Assembly (NCBI GenBank): GCA_003141835.1
Contig: PLNR01000006.1
Coordinates: forward strand, 78,558 to 142,557
Direction of reading: 5' to 3'
From: Candidatus Omnitrophota bacterium
GTDB taxonomy: Bacteria; Omnitrophota; Gorgyraeia; Pluralincolimonadales; Pluralincolimonadaceae
Length of the DNA: 64,000 nt
Shown: in pieces, positions 1 to 9,212 of the stretch
Layout: each line of letters opens with the position of its first letter
How positions within the stretch are numbered: position 1 is the first letter of the stretch
Translations under genes and position numbers: made by a program
Notes under the pieces: generated by a model
The model's input: the letters and a program-made list of their open reading frames with translations, nothing else
Databases searched by the model: none
Told to the model about the DNA's origin: nothing

Positions 1-1128
1 ACCCGACCACCTGTAAGGAAGGAACCCCTTGTCCGGGTACCAGCCCATGCTCGGCGTGGTGCCGTTGTCCATCATCCACGCCCAATCTACCCTGTCACAG
101 ATCTCCTTCGCGAGGCCTTCTATCTCGGTGTCTTTGTAATATTCCCCGACGAAGACGACGCCGGCCAGGAGGAGGGTCGTATCTATCGAAGAGAGCTCGC
201 AATCGCCCCAGCGCAGGCCTGTCTTCATGTCCAGGAAATGGTAATAGAAGCCGTGGACGCATTCAGCCCTGTCCCTGAAGAATTTAAGCGTCGTGATTAT
301 CCTCTCCTTGACCTTATCCTCGGGTATCCATCCGCGCTTCGCGGCAACGCACAGCGCCGGCAGTCCGAACCCGACCGAGGCGATGCTCGCCATAGGCGAA
401 TTATCCTTGAGGAGGGTATTGCAGGTGTCCTTGATAAGCCCGTTCTCGGGATTCGCCTCCTCCCAGAAGAACATGCATGCCGAATGTTCGATGAGGTCAA
501 GGAACTGGTCGTCGGTCATCGTAGACAGCTTAGGAGCCTCCCACCTGACGGGTTGCGGCTTGATGACACCGGTCCTTTCGCCCGACAGGGTAAGCCCGTC
601 CAAATAGATCACGCCGGTGAACGGCTGTCCGTAATCGTTATGGAAAGTGATCGAAAAATTATCCATATTATACCAGTCGTATATCGATTTGAAATCCGCC
701 AGCGGGACCGTGACTTTCTGCCATTCCGTAGTCACGCCTGCCGGGAGGTATGTCTTTATATCCAGCTTTTCCTCGAACGACGAGCCGTCTTTCATCCCTA
801 CTTTAAATACTTCTCCGCCCTTCTCGCCCTTCACCCAGAAAACGACGATCCCGTATTTGCTCAGGTCCTTTCCGACCAGGCCGAACCAAAAACCCGATTC
901 CTGTTTCTCTCCGCTTACGTTATATTTCAGCTGGCATACCTTCGCGCCTTCGGTGCGGGCGCCTTGCGAGGTATAGGACTGCTTCGCTGTCCCCTTATTC
1001 TCCCATGCCCCCTGCATCGCGCTCGGGATAAGCAAATCCCCGCCGGAACTCTCCTGCGCGCGGGCGATCCCGTTAAATGACAGGACCAGCACCGTTGTCC
1101 ACGCCAACACCCTCATCGCCGTCAGCAT
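1..1128 (-). CDS. Secreted glucoamylase-like/GH144-type glycoside hydrolase with N-terminal CBM11/CIA30-like domain (runs off window start)
   Basis: Not in ORF track; read by hand. ATG 1128 (GTG 1131) after GGAGG, signal peptide, then FFWEEANPENGLIKD, SIASVGFGL, HGFYYHFLDMKTG, ELSSIDTTLLLAG, RVDWAWM motifs. Confidence 0.8.
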   Translation of the reverse strand, partial: MLTAMRVLAWTTVLVLSFNGIARAQESSGGDLLIPSAMQGAWENKGTAKQSYTSQGARTEGAKVCQLKYNVSGEKQESGFWFGLVGKDLSKYGIVVFWVKGEKGGEVFKVGMKDGSSFEEKLDIKTYLPAGVTTEWQKVTVPLADFKSIYDWYNMDNFSITFHNDYGQPFTGVIYLDGLTLSGERTGVIKPQPVRWEAPKLSTMTDDQFLDLIEHSACMFFWEEANPENGLIKDTCNTLLKDNSPMASIASVGFGLPALCVAAKRGWIPEDKVKERIITTLKFFRDRAECVHGFYYHFLDMKTGLRWGDCELSSIDTTLLLAGVVFVGEYYKDTEIEGLAKEICDRVDWAWMMDNGTTPSMGWYPDKGFLPYRWSG

Positions 1129-1137
1129 CACTGCCTC

Positions 1138-2049
1138 CTATTTTGTTCCCCACAAATATGCGAAAGTGAAAAGTATCCCGAAAGAGAGATGTATCGCTAT
1201 CGTAAGAGCGTTTGCCGGCAACAGCTCTTTTATCTTGTCGAAATACATATCGACAATCTTTATCGCTTTTATAGCGACAGGCAATGTCACAAATGTTATT
1301 ACCGCTGTGAACGGGAAGATCCTGGCGGCTATGCCGGCCAGGACTATGACATACACCGATATTAAAAAGAACTTGTAATATCCGACCGCCTTCGCCTTCC
1401 CTACCATGACTACGGTATTGTTCTTGCGCGTCGCCTTATCCGCCTCGTAATCCGGGAATTGGTTTATGAATTGTACGAGCGAGATTAGTATAGCGATGGG
1501 GATAGAGGCGAAAAACGCCTCCCACGAAAGCTTCTTCGCCTGGACATAATATGCGCCCAGTACCATAAGCGTCCCGAACCCGAAACCCGTCGTCACCTCG
1601 GATAGCCGCGTATAGCCTATCTTCAGAGGGTCGGCGTTATAAAAATACGCGATAAATACTCCCACGATACCGATCAGCAGGATCGTATACCCTCTGCAAA
1701 TGTAATTGAGATAAAGGCCGATCGCGCTTCCCGCCGCGAAGCAGATAAATCCCGCCACTTGCACCTGCCGGGGCTTGAGCGTTCCTTCGCGCAAGAACCT
1801 GACTCCGCCGCTAAAAGGCGTGGGTGTCTTGTTGATGACATCGTTTCCCGTCTTGAAATCGTAATAAGCGTTGGTGAAATTGAGGCCGCCGTGTATGAAT
1901 ATGCCGCCTATCAAGGTAAGCCAGAAGAGCCCCCAATCAAAAACCCCCGTATCGTGGCGTGCGACCGCCGCACCCAACGCGATGGGGATTATAGCCGCCG
2001 TAAAGAATTGCGGCCTGACCGCTGTTATCCAAAGGAGTATCCTGTTCAT
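1138..2049 (-). CDS. menA: 1,4-dihydroxy-2-naphthoate prenyltransferase (UbiA family)
   Basis: Multi-TM; RPQF start, NxxxNAYYDxxxGxD, TPFSGG and NQFPDYEAD motifs. Confidence 0.75.
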   Translation of the reverse strand: MNRILLWITAVRPQFFTAAIIPIALGAAVARHDTGVFDWGLFWLTLIGGIFIHGGLNFTNAYYDFKTGNDVINKTPTPFSGGVRFLREGTLKPRQVQVAGFICFAAGSAIGLYLNYICRGYTILLIGIVGVFIAYFYNADPLKIGYTRLSEVTTGFGFGTLMVLGAYYVQAKKLSWEAFFASIPIAILISLVQFINQFPDYEADKATRKNNTVVMVGKAKAVGYYKFFLISVYVIVLAGIAARIFPFTAVITFVTLPVAIKAIKIVDMYFDKIKELLPANALTIAIHLSFGILFTFAYLWGTK

Positions 2050-2573
2050 ATTTTAAGCGGGTCGGAGGTTCTTTCCTCTCGGACGGCAAGGACGAATAAA
2101 AAGTCTGAAAGCCTGTTAAGGTAGGCCAGTATACAGGGATCTACCTTGGCCTTGCGGCCAAGTTCGACAACACAGCATTCGGCCCTGCGGGCGACCGTCC
2201 TTGCTACATGCAGGACCGCCGAACTCTCATTGACCCCCGGAACAATAAACCCCGAAGGCATATGGACGCGGCCTTCCATCAGGTCTCCGAACTGTTCGAG
2301 CATCTTCACGTCGCAATTTTTCACCGGGGGGATGGCGGCCTTCCTGCCGCCGGACGAGATGCATCCTATCACTTTGAAAAGATCCCTCTGTATGAGCGCG
2401 ATCTTCTTTTTCACGGAGCGGTCTTTTATCTTCGCCTTCGCGAGCCCGAGGAAAGAGATCAACTCGTCTATCGCGCCCTGTGCTTTTATGCACGGGTCGC
2501 ATTTGGAAACGGCCTTCCCGCCGCAGAGACGTGTCCTGCCGCCGTCGCCTGACCTTGTCGTGATACGCATCAC
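2046..2573 (-). CDS. pduO: PduO-type cob(I)alamin adenosyltransferase
   Basis: ITTRSGDGGRT, GAIDEL, ARTVARRAE, YLNRLSDFLF motifs. Confidence 0.9.
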   Translation of the reverse strand: MMRITTRSGDGGRTRLCGGKAVSKCDPCIKAQGAIDELISFLGLAKAKIKDRSVKKKIALIQRDLFKVIGCISSGGRKAAIPPVKNCDVKMLEQFGDLMEGRVHMPSGFIVPGVNESSAVLHVARTVARRAECCVVELGRKAKVDPCILAYLNRLSDFLFVLAVREERTSDPLKI

Positions 2574-2980
2574 CTGGCCCCTCGGCTAACTTCAGGGACA
2601 ATCCTGTACCTGGCGGTCACAGTCGTCTTCATGCCCCCGCGCACGCTGAACTCTCCTGTCACTATACACCACTTCGGTTTGCACGATGAGACGACGTCTT
2701 TGAGTATCCTGTTCACCGCGTTCTCGTAGAATATTCCCATGTTCCTGAAGCCGAGGATGTAATATTTCAGGGACTTCAGCTCTATGCATGACCTGCCCGG
2801 CATATATCTTATCGTTATCGTACCAAAATCCGGAAGGCCGGTCTTCGGGCAGACCGAGGTAAACTCGGGTATCTCGATCTTTATATCATAATCTTTGTGA
2901 AAACTCGGAAAGGCCTCGATAGGCGGCAGTCTGTCATTTATGCCCTTGCCGGCATGCTTAGCAGTATATTCTTTCTTCAT
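2570..2980 (-). CDS. queF: preQ1 synthase (7-cyano-7-deazaguanine reductase, unimodular)
   Basis: EFTSVCPKTGLPDF, ELKSLKYY, RGG motifs. Confidence 0.92.
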   Translation of the reverse strand: MKKEYTAKHAGKGINDRLPPIEAFPSFHKDYDIKIEIPEFTSVCPKTGLPDFGTITIRYMPGRSCIELKSLKYYILGFRNMGIFYENAVNRILKDVVSSCKPKWCIVTGEFSVRGGMKTTVTARYRIVPEVSRGAR

Positions 2981-3007
2981 GAGTTTATTCGCGCTCCCTG
3001 GGATGTT

Positions 3008-3991
3008 TTACTGGCTCGACAGAAAAAACCCGGAAACCCTGAAATATATAAGAAGGGTTATGATATCGCACGTGGCCAGGACTATCGGCCCGGATGACAA
3101 CGCCGGGTCTATCTTGAACAGCTTGAACAAAAACGGCAGGCAGGAACCGATGACGCCTGAAAGGATTATCGACATCGACATCGAGATCGCCAGCGCCGCG
3201 CCCAGGTTCGCGTTTGCCTGCCACAGAGTGGCGACCCCGCCTACAAGCAAGCCGCATATAAGCCCTACGATGATCCCGACGGACATCTCCTTCTGGAGCA
3301 GCCACCTGACGTCCTTGAAAGACGCCCTGCCGAGGGCCATGTTCCTTACCACTATCGTTGACGACTGCATCCCGATGCTTTCGGAAAGACCAAGCACTAT
3401 CGGGATAAAAAGCGCCAGCGCTATGACCGACTTCATGTCGCGTTCGAACCATCCGAGGATGAACGCGGACACGAACCCGCTGATTATGCTTATCGCGAGC
3501 CACGGCAACCTCAGCCTGACTATTCGCGGTATTGACCTTGAGGTTATCTCGTCGACGCCGGTACCGACTATCTTGGCGATATCGTCTTCGGCCTCGAGTT
3601 CGGCTATATCTACCATCTCATCGGCCGTTATTATGCCGACGAGTTTCTCTTCGTTGTTGACTACCGGCAGCGCGAGGAACCTGTGCCTTATGAAGTACCT
3701 TACCACCTCTTCCTGGTCCATCTCCGCGTGCACCTTTACCACGTTCTTGATCATTATATCCCTTACGTGTACGCCCGGCGCGTGGCTCAAAAGGTCGCGC
3801 ATCTGGACTACGCCTACAAGATGGCCGCGGGGATCTACCACATATATATAGGAGGGCTTTGATACTTTCTCCAGCGAGGCGGTGCGGAAATGCTTTATAG
3901 TCTCTTCTATCGTGGATTCGCCGGAGACCGCCAGGAACTCATTCTTCATTATAGAGCCCAGCGTCTCGCCTTTTACCCTTCTAATGGTCAT
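3008..3991 (-). CDS. mgtE: Magnesium transporter (CBS pair + MgtE membrane domain, no N-domain)
   Basis: CBS repeats, RLPWL, DPALSSGP..T.CD. Confidence 0.88.
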   Translation of the reverse strand: MTIRRVKGETLGSIMKNEFLAVSGESTIEETIKHFRTASLEKVSKPSYIYVVDPRGHLVGVVQMRDLLSHAPGVHVRDIMIKNVVKVHAEMDQEEVVRYFIRHRFLALPVVNNEEKLVGIITADEMVDIAELEAEDDIAKIVGTGVDEITSRSIPRIVRLRLPWLAISIISGFVSAFILGWFERDMKSVIALALFIPIVLGLSESIGMQSSTIVVRNMALGRASFKDVRWLLQKEMSVGIIVGLICGLLVGGVATLWQANANLGAALAISMSMSIILSGVIGSCLPFLFKLFKIDPALSSGPIVLATCDIITLLIYFRVSGFFLSSQ

Positions 3992-4020
3992 CTTCCGTCC
4001 TGATTTTGGGTAATATTATA

Positions 4021-4058
4021 AAACAAAAAGCCCCCTGATTCAATCATCAAAGGGCTTT
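4021..4058 (-). terminator. Intrinsic terminator after the glycine-zipper gene
   Basis: Minus strand AAAGCCCTTTGAT-loop-ATCAGGGGGCTTT followed by TTGTTT. Confidence 0.75.
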
Positions 4059-4085
4059 CAGTAGATATCCTGATGAGCCTCCGCG

Positions 4086-4442
4086 CTACTTATGCGCGTT
4101 CGTCCCGGCCTGATAACCGGCTTGATAACCGGACTCATAACCCTTGGTGTAGCCTCTCTCGAACCCGCCCGAATCCGCTGCCGGAGCCGGAGCTACCTGC
4201 TGAGGAGCCGGTTTTTCATCCGGCATAAGCGCATCGGCTATAACGCCCGCCGCTATCCCGGTACCCGCTCCTATGAGCGCGCCCTGACCGGCCTTGCCGC
4301 CTGAAGCGCCTGAAGCTACGGCACCCGTCGCTGCGCCGATCAAACCGGTCTTAATGAGACTGCTGGCGCCGTCAGCAAATACCGGAGCTGAGACAGATAA
4401 CATAAGGGCAATTACCACTACAAATATTACCGCTATACGCAT
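4086..4442 (-). CDS. Secreted glycine-zipper protein with GYxxG repeats
   Basis: Signal peptide; GAATGA/GALIGAGTG zipper; C-terminal GYTKGYESGYQAGYQAG; AAGGAGG RBS and upstream TATAAT. Confidence 0.75.
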   Translation of the reverse strand: MRIAVIFVVVIALMLSVSAPVFADGASSLIKTGLIGAATGAVASGASGGKAGQGALIGAGTGIAAGVIADALMPDEKPAPQQVAPAPAADSGGFERGYTKGYESGYQAGYQAGTNAHK

Positions 4443-4498
4443 CTCTTCCCCTCCTTATTGGTTAAATTATACCACAGAAAGCCAAAATGTCTATACCC

Positions 4499-5128
4499 TT
4501 ACCTTACCTTCTCGGCGAGGGCCCTGTAGTTCTCCTTCGGATCGCCTTTCCCGAATATCCCGCTCCCGACGCAAGCGAGGTCGACGCCCGCCTCCTTTAT
4601 CATCAGGATATTTTCCGTTTTCAAGCCGCCGTCCATCGCGATTATAGGCCTGCCGCTGCGCCCTTTTAACGCGCGCGCCTTATCGCATACCTCCGGGATG
4701 AACTTGCTGCCGTAAAAACCCGGGTTCACGGAAAGGAAAAGCAAGACATCAATATCCTTGAAATATCCCTCGACTTTCGACACGGGTGTCTCCGGGTTTA
4801 TCGCGATGCCCGCTTCCATGCCGAGCGCGCGGATCTTCGGGATGAGCCCGGCCGGGTCCTCTTTGGATTCATAGTGGAAGATGATCCTTCCCGCGCCGGC
4901 CCTTTTGAAGGGTTCGAGGTATTTGCCCGGCTCCTCGACCATGAGGTGTATCTCAAGTTTCAGCCCCGTCTTGACCTTCGCCAGGTCCCCGGCAGATATG
5001 CTCTTCGACGGGACGAATTTCCCGTCCATTATGTCTACTTGGACCAGGTCGCAGAAACCTCCGGATTGGGCGATCATCCTTTCCAATTCGCCGGGTTTGT
5101 CGGTCAGCAATGCCGGTACTATCCTCAT
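4499..5128 (-). CDS. rpe: Ribulose-phosphate 3-epimerase
   Basis: DIMDGKFVP, HLMV, SVNPGFYG, DGG motifs. Confidence 0.92.
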   Translation of the reverse strand: MRIVPALLTDKPGELERMIAQSGGFCDLVQVDIMDGKFVPSKSISAGDLAKVKTGLKLEIHLMVEEPGKYLEPFKRAGAGRIIFHYESKEDPAGLIPKIRALGMEAGIAINPETPVSKVEGYFKDIDVLLFLSVNPGFYGSKFIPEVCDKARALKGRSGRPIIAMDGGLKTENILMIKEAGVDLACVGSGIFGKGDPKENYRALAEKVR

Positions 5129-5709
5129 CAGGTCGCTCCTTTGTTTATATAATCGAGTAAGAATTCCGCGAGATTATTTGAGGCGAGATCGACGTCCCTC
5201 TTGAGGCGCAGCAGCCTCGGCAGCCACAAGAGCTGCAGGAAAGACCTCGGCAGCTCATCCAACAGCGTGTCGCTTACCGCCTTCATGGCAATAAAGGGTA
5301 TACCATGTTTTTTTGCCACCGATAAGACCGCCCCTGATTCCATGTCAACGATGATGGCTCCTTCCCTTTCTGCTGCGGCCGTCTTCTCCTCACAAGTAAA
5401 TAACGGACGCGGGGAGCAGAACAACTTACGGTCTTCCGGGTCGGATACCACCACGTCACCGATCTTAAGGTCCCTGGAAAGCGCGCCGCAAAACCCGGCC
5501 GAGATTATCAGGTCGGGCTTGAAATCCCTTATGATATCCTCAGCCGTCACCCCGGCCTTGTCCGCGCCCATGCCGCTCCTCGCCAGTATCACATATCCGT
5601 CCGCCGCCTCTATCACGGGCCGCATCGACCTGAAAAGATCGATCCCCAAACGGCGCGCCAGGGGCCTGAGTTCCCAGTAAAACGCGAAGATAACGGCGAT
5701 CTTTTTCAT
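5128..5709 (-). CDS. hpnG: Hopanoid-associated nucleoside phosphorylase (HpnG-like)
   Basis: SGMG, SAGFCGAL, VDMES, KAVSD motifs; same operon as shc/hpnH. Confidence 0.72.
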   Translation of the reverse strand: MKKIAVIFAFYWELRPLARRLGIDLFRSMRPVIEAADGYVILARSGMGADKAGVTAEDIIRDFKPDLIISAGFCGALSRDLKIGDVVVSDPEDRKLFCSPRPLFTCEEKTAAAEREGAIIVDMESGAVLSVAKKHGIPFIAMKAVSDTLLDELPRSFLQLLWLPRLLRLKRDVDLASNNLAEFLLDYINKGAT

Positions 5710-6548
5710 TTCCGGCTGATATTCTTAAGTTTATTTTTGACTTCCTCTATCAGGACGTCGGGCGTCGACGCGCCCCCGATTATGCCCACGGACTTCACGC
5801 CTTTTAACGCGGAAGGCTTCAGGTACTTCGCGCTCTCTATCTGGATAGTGTTCTTGTTGTAATTATGGCAGAGTTTCTTGAGCTTCAGGGTGTTCGAACT
5901 GTGATGGCTTCCGACAACTATCATGAGGTCGACCTTTTGGGCAAGCTTTACTGCGTCTTCCTGCCTCTTCCTTATGTCGGCGCATATGGTGTTGATTATC
6001 TTTATTTCATGCGCTACCCTCATCACCTCGGCGACGACGTCCCTGCAGAGCTCCACCGAATGGGTAGTCTGGAAGATAAGCCCGACCTTGTATTTCAGTT
6101 TCGCCTGGTCCACCTCTTTATGGGTGGCTACCACGAGCGCCTTGGCGCTCAGGTGGCCCAGTATCCCTTTTATCTCGGCGTGGTCTTTATCCCCCACTAT
6201 CAGGACCTGGTAGCCTTCCTCTTCCAATTTCTTCGCCGCGATCTGCGCCTGCCTGACGATGGGACACGTGGCGTCGACTATCTCTATCTTCTTCGCCGCG
6301 ACCTTAGCCCTCTCGTCGGGAGATATCCCGTGCGCGCGAATGATAAGTATACCGTCTTTTTTTACGTCATTTATGCTCTTCGTTTCCCTCAAACCCCTTT
6401 CGGAAAGTTTGCGGGTTATGGCGTCGTTATGCACGAGCTCGCCGGTTATGTAGGCCGGCACGCCTTTCGAAAGCGCTTCTTCGGTCAGCTTGACCGCGCG
6501 GTTCACGCCGAAACAGCATCCTATCTTCTTGGGTGTCAATATCCTCAT
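5706..6548 (-). CDS. ispH: 4-hydroxy-3-methylbut-2-enyl diphosphate reductase
   Basis: Start re-set to MRILTPKKIGCCFGV (ATGA overlap with hpnA); LVHN, RAHG, DATCP, NTIC, SSNT motifs. Confidence 0.92.
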   Translation of the reverse strand: MRILTPKKIGCCFGVNRAVKLTEEALSKGVPAYITGELVHNDAITRKLSERGLRETKSINDVKKDGILIIRAHGISPDERAKVAAKKIEIVDATCPIVRQAQIAAKKLEEEGYQVLIVGDKDHAEIKGILGHLSAKALVVATHKEVDQAKLKYKVGLIFQTTHSVELCRDVVAEVMRVAHEIKIINTICADIRKRQEDAVKLAQKVDLMIVVGSHHSSNTLKLKKLCHNYNKNTIQIESAKYLKPSALKGVKSVGIIGGASTPDVLIEEVKNKLKNISRK

Positions 6549-7561
6549 TTCTTTTCTCCCTGTTTCACGTAACCTTTCGAGCGGAACCAATCCACTGATT
6601 TTCGGAAGGCGTTCCCGATGTCGCCCTGCGGGAGCCCGAGTTCCTTTACCGCCTTTGAGCAGTCGAACGCGAACGGCTTGCCGCCAAGCCTCAAGCCCTC
6701 CCACGGGATCAACGGCTCTTTATGCGTAATATACTGGCATACCTTCTGCGACACAAAACCAAGCGGCAAAAAAAGCGCCGGGGGGAATTTCATCGCAGGC
6801 TTCGGCTTGCCTGACGCCTTGCTTAAGATATCAAACACTTCATCGAGTGTCAGGTTATCGGCTCCGAAGATATAGCGTTCCCCGGTCTTTCCCTTCTCTG
6901 CCGCGAGCAGGTGTCCGGCGGCGACATCCTCCACATCGATATAATTTATGACGGTATCTATATAACCCGGGAGCCTGCCGTTCAGATAATCGAGTATCAT
7001 CTTCCCTGGCGGGGTCAGGTTATAATCCCCTTCGCCCACAGGCGTAGTCAGGCTGACGGTGACGATCGGCAGCCCTGCCTTGACATATTTAACCGCCTCC
7101 TGGTAAGCCAGCCATTTTGAGCGGGCGTAGTGGCCCGGCATATTCTCCAAACCCAGGACCGCTCCTTCGTCTGACGGTTTCTTTTTCGTGCCCCCTTTTA
7201 AAATGGCCGCCGTGCTGGTAAAGATGACCTTATCGACCCCTTCTTCGAGCGCGGCCTGGAATAAATTCTTCGTCCCTGTCCAGTTGATATCATAGACTTC
7301 CTTGGGATTCGCATACCAGAGATGGACATAAGAGGCGAGGTGGTATACTGTCTTTACCCCGGCAAGTGCTTTTTTGAGCGAATCCTGGTCGCGCAGGTCG
7401 CCGTAGGCGAACTCGACATCGCATTTCAGTTTCTCCTCCCCGATGAGGTTAACGAGATTGGAATTCTTGCGCACGAGGCAGCGGACCCGGTCCCCTCTTT
7501 TGTCCAATAACCTCACTACGTGCGAACCCACGAACCCGTTCGAACCGGTGACGAGTATCAT
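6545..7561 (-). CDS. hpnA: Hopanoid-associated NAD-dependent epimerase/dehydratase
   Basis: GSNGFVG Rossmann motif, YARSK, TPPGKMILD; hopanoid context. Confidence 0.8.
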   Translation of the reverse strand: MILVTGSNGFVGSHVVRLLDKRGDRVRCLVRKNSNLVNLIGEEKLKCDVEFAYGDLRDQDSLKKALAGVKTVYHLASYVHLWYANPKEVYDINWTGTKNLFQAALEEGVDKVIFTSTAAILKGGTKKKPSDEGAVLGLENMPGHYARSKWLAYQEAVKYVKAGLPIVTVSLTTPVGEGDYNLTPPGKMILDYLNGRLPGYIDTVINYIDVEDVAAGHLLAAEKGKTGERYIFGADNLTLDEVFDILSKASGKPKPAMKFPPALFLPLGFVSQKVCQYITHKEPLIPWEGLRLGGKPFAFDCSKAVKELGLPQGDIGNAFRKSVDWFRSKGYVKQGEKK

Positions 7562-8535
7562 CTTTTAGTCTCCTGTTTAGGCGGCATCCAATATATGAAT
7601 AACCCGAAACCCGCCCAAGAAAGTTCCCGTATCCTCTTTATTATGCTGAGCGCGACCCCCATCTCCCCTCCTATGCCGAGGGCCGCCAGCGCCGCGTAAC
7701 CCGCGCCTTCCTGGACGCCTATCGCCGCCGGAACGAAGAAGAAAGCCGAATTAGCCGTCTTCATGAAAACTTCTATCACGAACGCTTTTACCCAATCGAC
7801 CGGGACGCCCAAGAAATATAATATTATATAGACCTCTATCGCTCCCGCGGCCCACCCAAGCAGGTGGAACGCGAAAGAACCGCAAAACCGCAGCCGCTCC
7901 TTAAGGTAAAAATCCCCTATTGTCCTGTCTATCTCTTCGATGCGGTCCTGCTTATCCTCAAAGGTCCCGCTTAATTTAAACCTGCGCGCGAACCGCAGTC
8001 CCACCATGAACAGCCCCTTCCTCTGGAGCAGGAGGAAGACTACAAATAACCCTAGGACGCCTATGAACGTCCAAAGTATCCCGGCGGCGACAACGCTTTC
8101 AAGCCGCAAAAATTTCAAGGCCAGCACGACGCCTATGAGCAGGAACGCGATCTTGCTCAGGAAGAGCGTGGTCTTGGCGATCACGACGCTGGCAAGCCCG
8201 TCGACCATATCGACGCCGTAGCGCCTGTTCAGAAGGATCGCCTTGACCGGTTCCCCTCCGATATACGCCGACGGGGTCGTGTAGTTAAGCGCTTCACCCG
8301 CCTGGCGCACCAGGAAAAACCTCCAAAGGCCCGGTAGTTTCACTCCTCTCCTGAATGACAGCCGCCAGCCCATCGTGTCGAAAAAATATATTACGAGATA
8401 AGCGAATATCACGGCCAATATGCGCCAATTTAGCGATACTACCTGGCTCCATATAAGCGCAGGGCCGGACCTCGCGATTATCCAGGCGAAAAGCGATACC
8501 GCGACGATAAATATTATTTTTTTAAATAAGCTCAT
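7558..8535 (-). CDS. Lysylphosphatidylglycerol-synthase TM/flippase-like protein (HpnL-like)
   Basis: Multi-TM; GEALNYTTPSAYIGGEPVK, VPAAIGVQE motifs. Confidence 0.8.
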   Translation of the reverse strand: MSLFKKIIFIVAVSLFAWIIARSGPALIWSQVVSLNWRILAVIFAYLVIYFFDTMGWRLSFRRGVKLPGLWRFFLVRQAGEALNYTTPSAYIGGEPVKAILLNRRYGVDMVDGLASVVIAKTTLFLSKIAFLLIGVVLALKFLRLESVVAAGILWTFIGVLGLFVVFLLLQRKGLFMVGLRFARRFKLSGTFEDKQDRIEEIDRTIGDFYLKERLRFCGSFAFHLLGWAAGAIEVYIILYFLGVPVDWVKAFVIEVFMKTANSAFFFVPAAIGVQEGAGYAALAALGIGGEMGVALSIIKRIRELSWAGFGLFIYWMPPKQETKR

Positions 8536-9179
8536 TACTGCCGGCCTGTCAAATATTTGAAGTTCACAGCCAAAAGGACGATGCAGAATATATTGGCGCC
8601 TATCGCTCCCAGCCAGAGGAAAAGTTCCATCCTGTTCAGGACCGCGAAAAGCAGGACCACGAGCGAAAGATCACCGGCGCAAAAGACCTCGATCGCGCGA
8701 TCGGCGGCCGTTATCCTTTTTATCTCCCCCTCCGGCGCTTTCGGCATGCCATGGATGGCCGGGCCGAAGTTCATCGTCTTCTGCAGTATCGCCACAAATG
8801 TCGACAAAAACGTTCCTATGCCCGCCGCGACACCCAGGAATAGCATTATCGGGTCCTGGGTAAGGCGGAAGAGCCCCACGCTGATCCCGACAAAGGTAAG
8901 CGTGTGGATGCAGCAGTCTACCACAGTGTCCATCCAGCTCCCGAACGTCGAAGAGAGCCCCCTCGCCCGCGCCACTTCCCCGTCGCAATTGTCGAGGATA
9001 TAAAACATCTCGAACATGACGGCGCCGGCTATAAAGCCCGCTTTTGTCCCGGCCGAGAAAAAAAGGAACGCCAGGATCCCGGCCAGCCCCCCCAACAGGG
9101 TTATGAAATTAGGGTGCAGTCCGGACCTGATAAAAAAACCCGTGAACGGCGCAGCCAAAACGCGATTTATGCTTCTCAT
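8535..9179 (-). CDS. CDP-alcohol phosphotransferase
   Basis: HPNFIT and D-x2-DG-x2-AR-x8-G-x3-D-x3-D signature (DNCDGEVARARGLSSTFGSWMDTVVD). Confidence 0.9.
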   Translation of the reverse strand: MRSINRVLAAPFTGFFIRSGLHPNFITLLGGLAGILAFLFFSAGTKAGFIAGAVMFEMFYILDNCDGEVARARGLSSTFGSWMDTVVDCCIHTLTFVGISVGLFRLTQDPIMLFLGVAAGIGTFLSTFVAILQKTMNFGPAIHGMPKAPEGEIKRITAADRAIEVFCAGDLSLVVLLFAVLNRMELFLWLGAIGANIFCIVLLAVNFKYLTGRQ

Positions 9180-9212
9180 CCCCCAACCCTCCCGGTCCCC
9201 GCCTTCCGGCGA

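Noticed and set aside
238-1080. 280-aa plus-strand ORF
   Set aside because: Antisense shadow of the GH144-like gene; no motifs.
4104-4145. 12-bp tandem DNA repeats
   Set aside because: They simply encode the GYxxG peptide repeat.
6549-6704. N-terminal extensions in the ORF track (ispH, decarboxylase beta, lsrF, tolC, iscS, porin, phoB)
   Set aside because: They overlap upstream genes or repeats; downstream starts fit SD sites or stop-start overlaps and the family N-termini.
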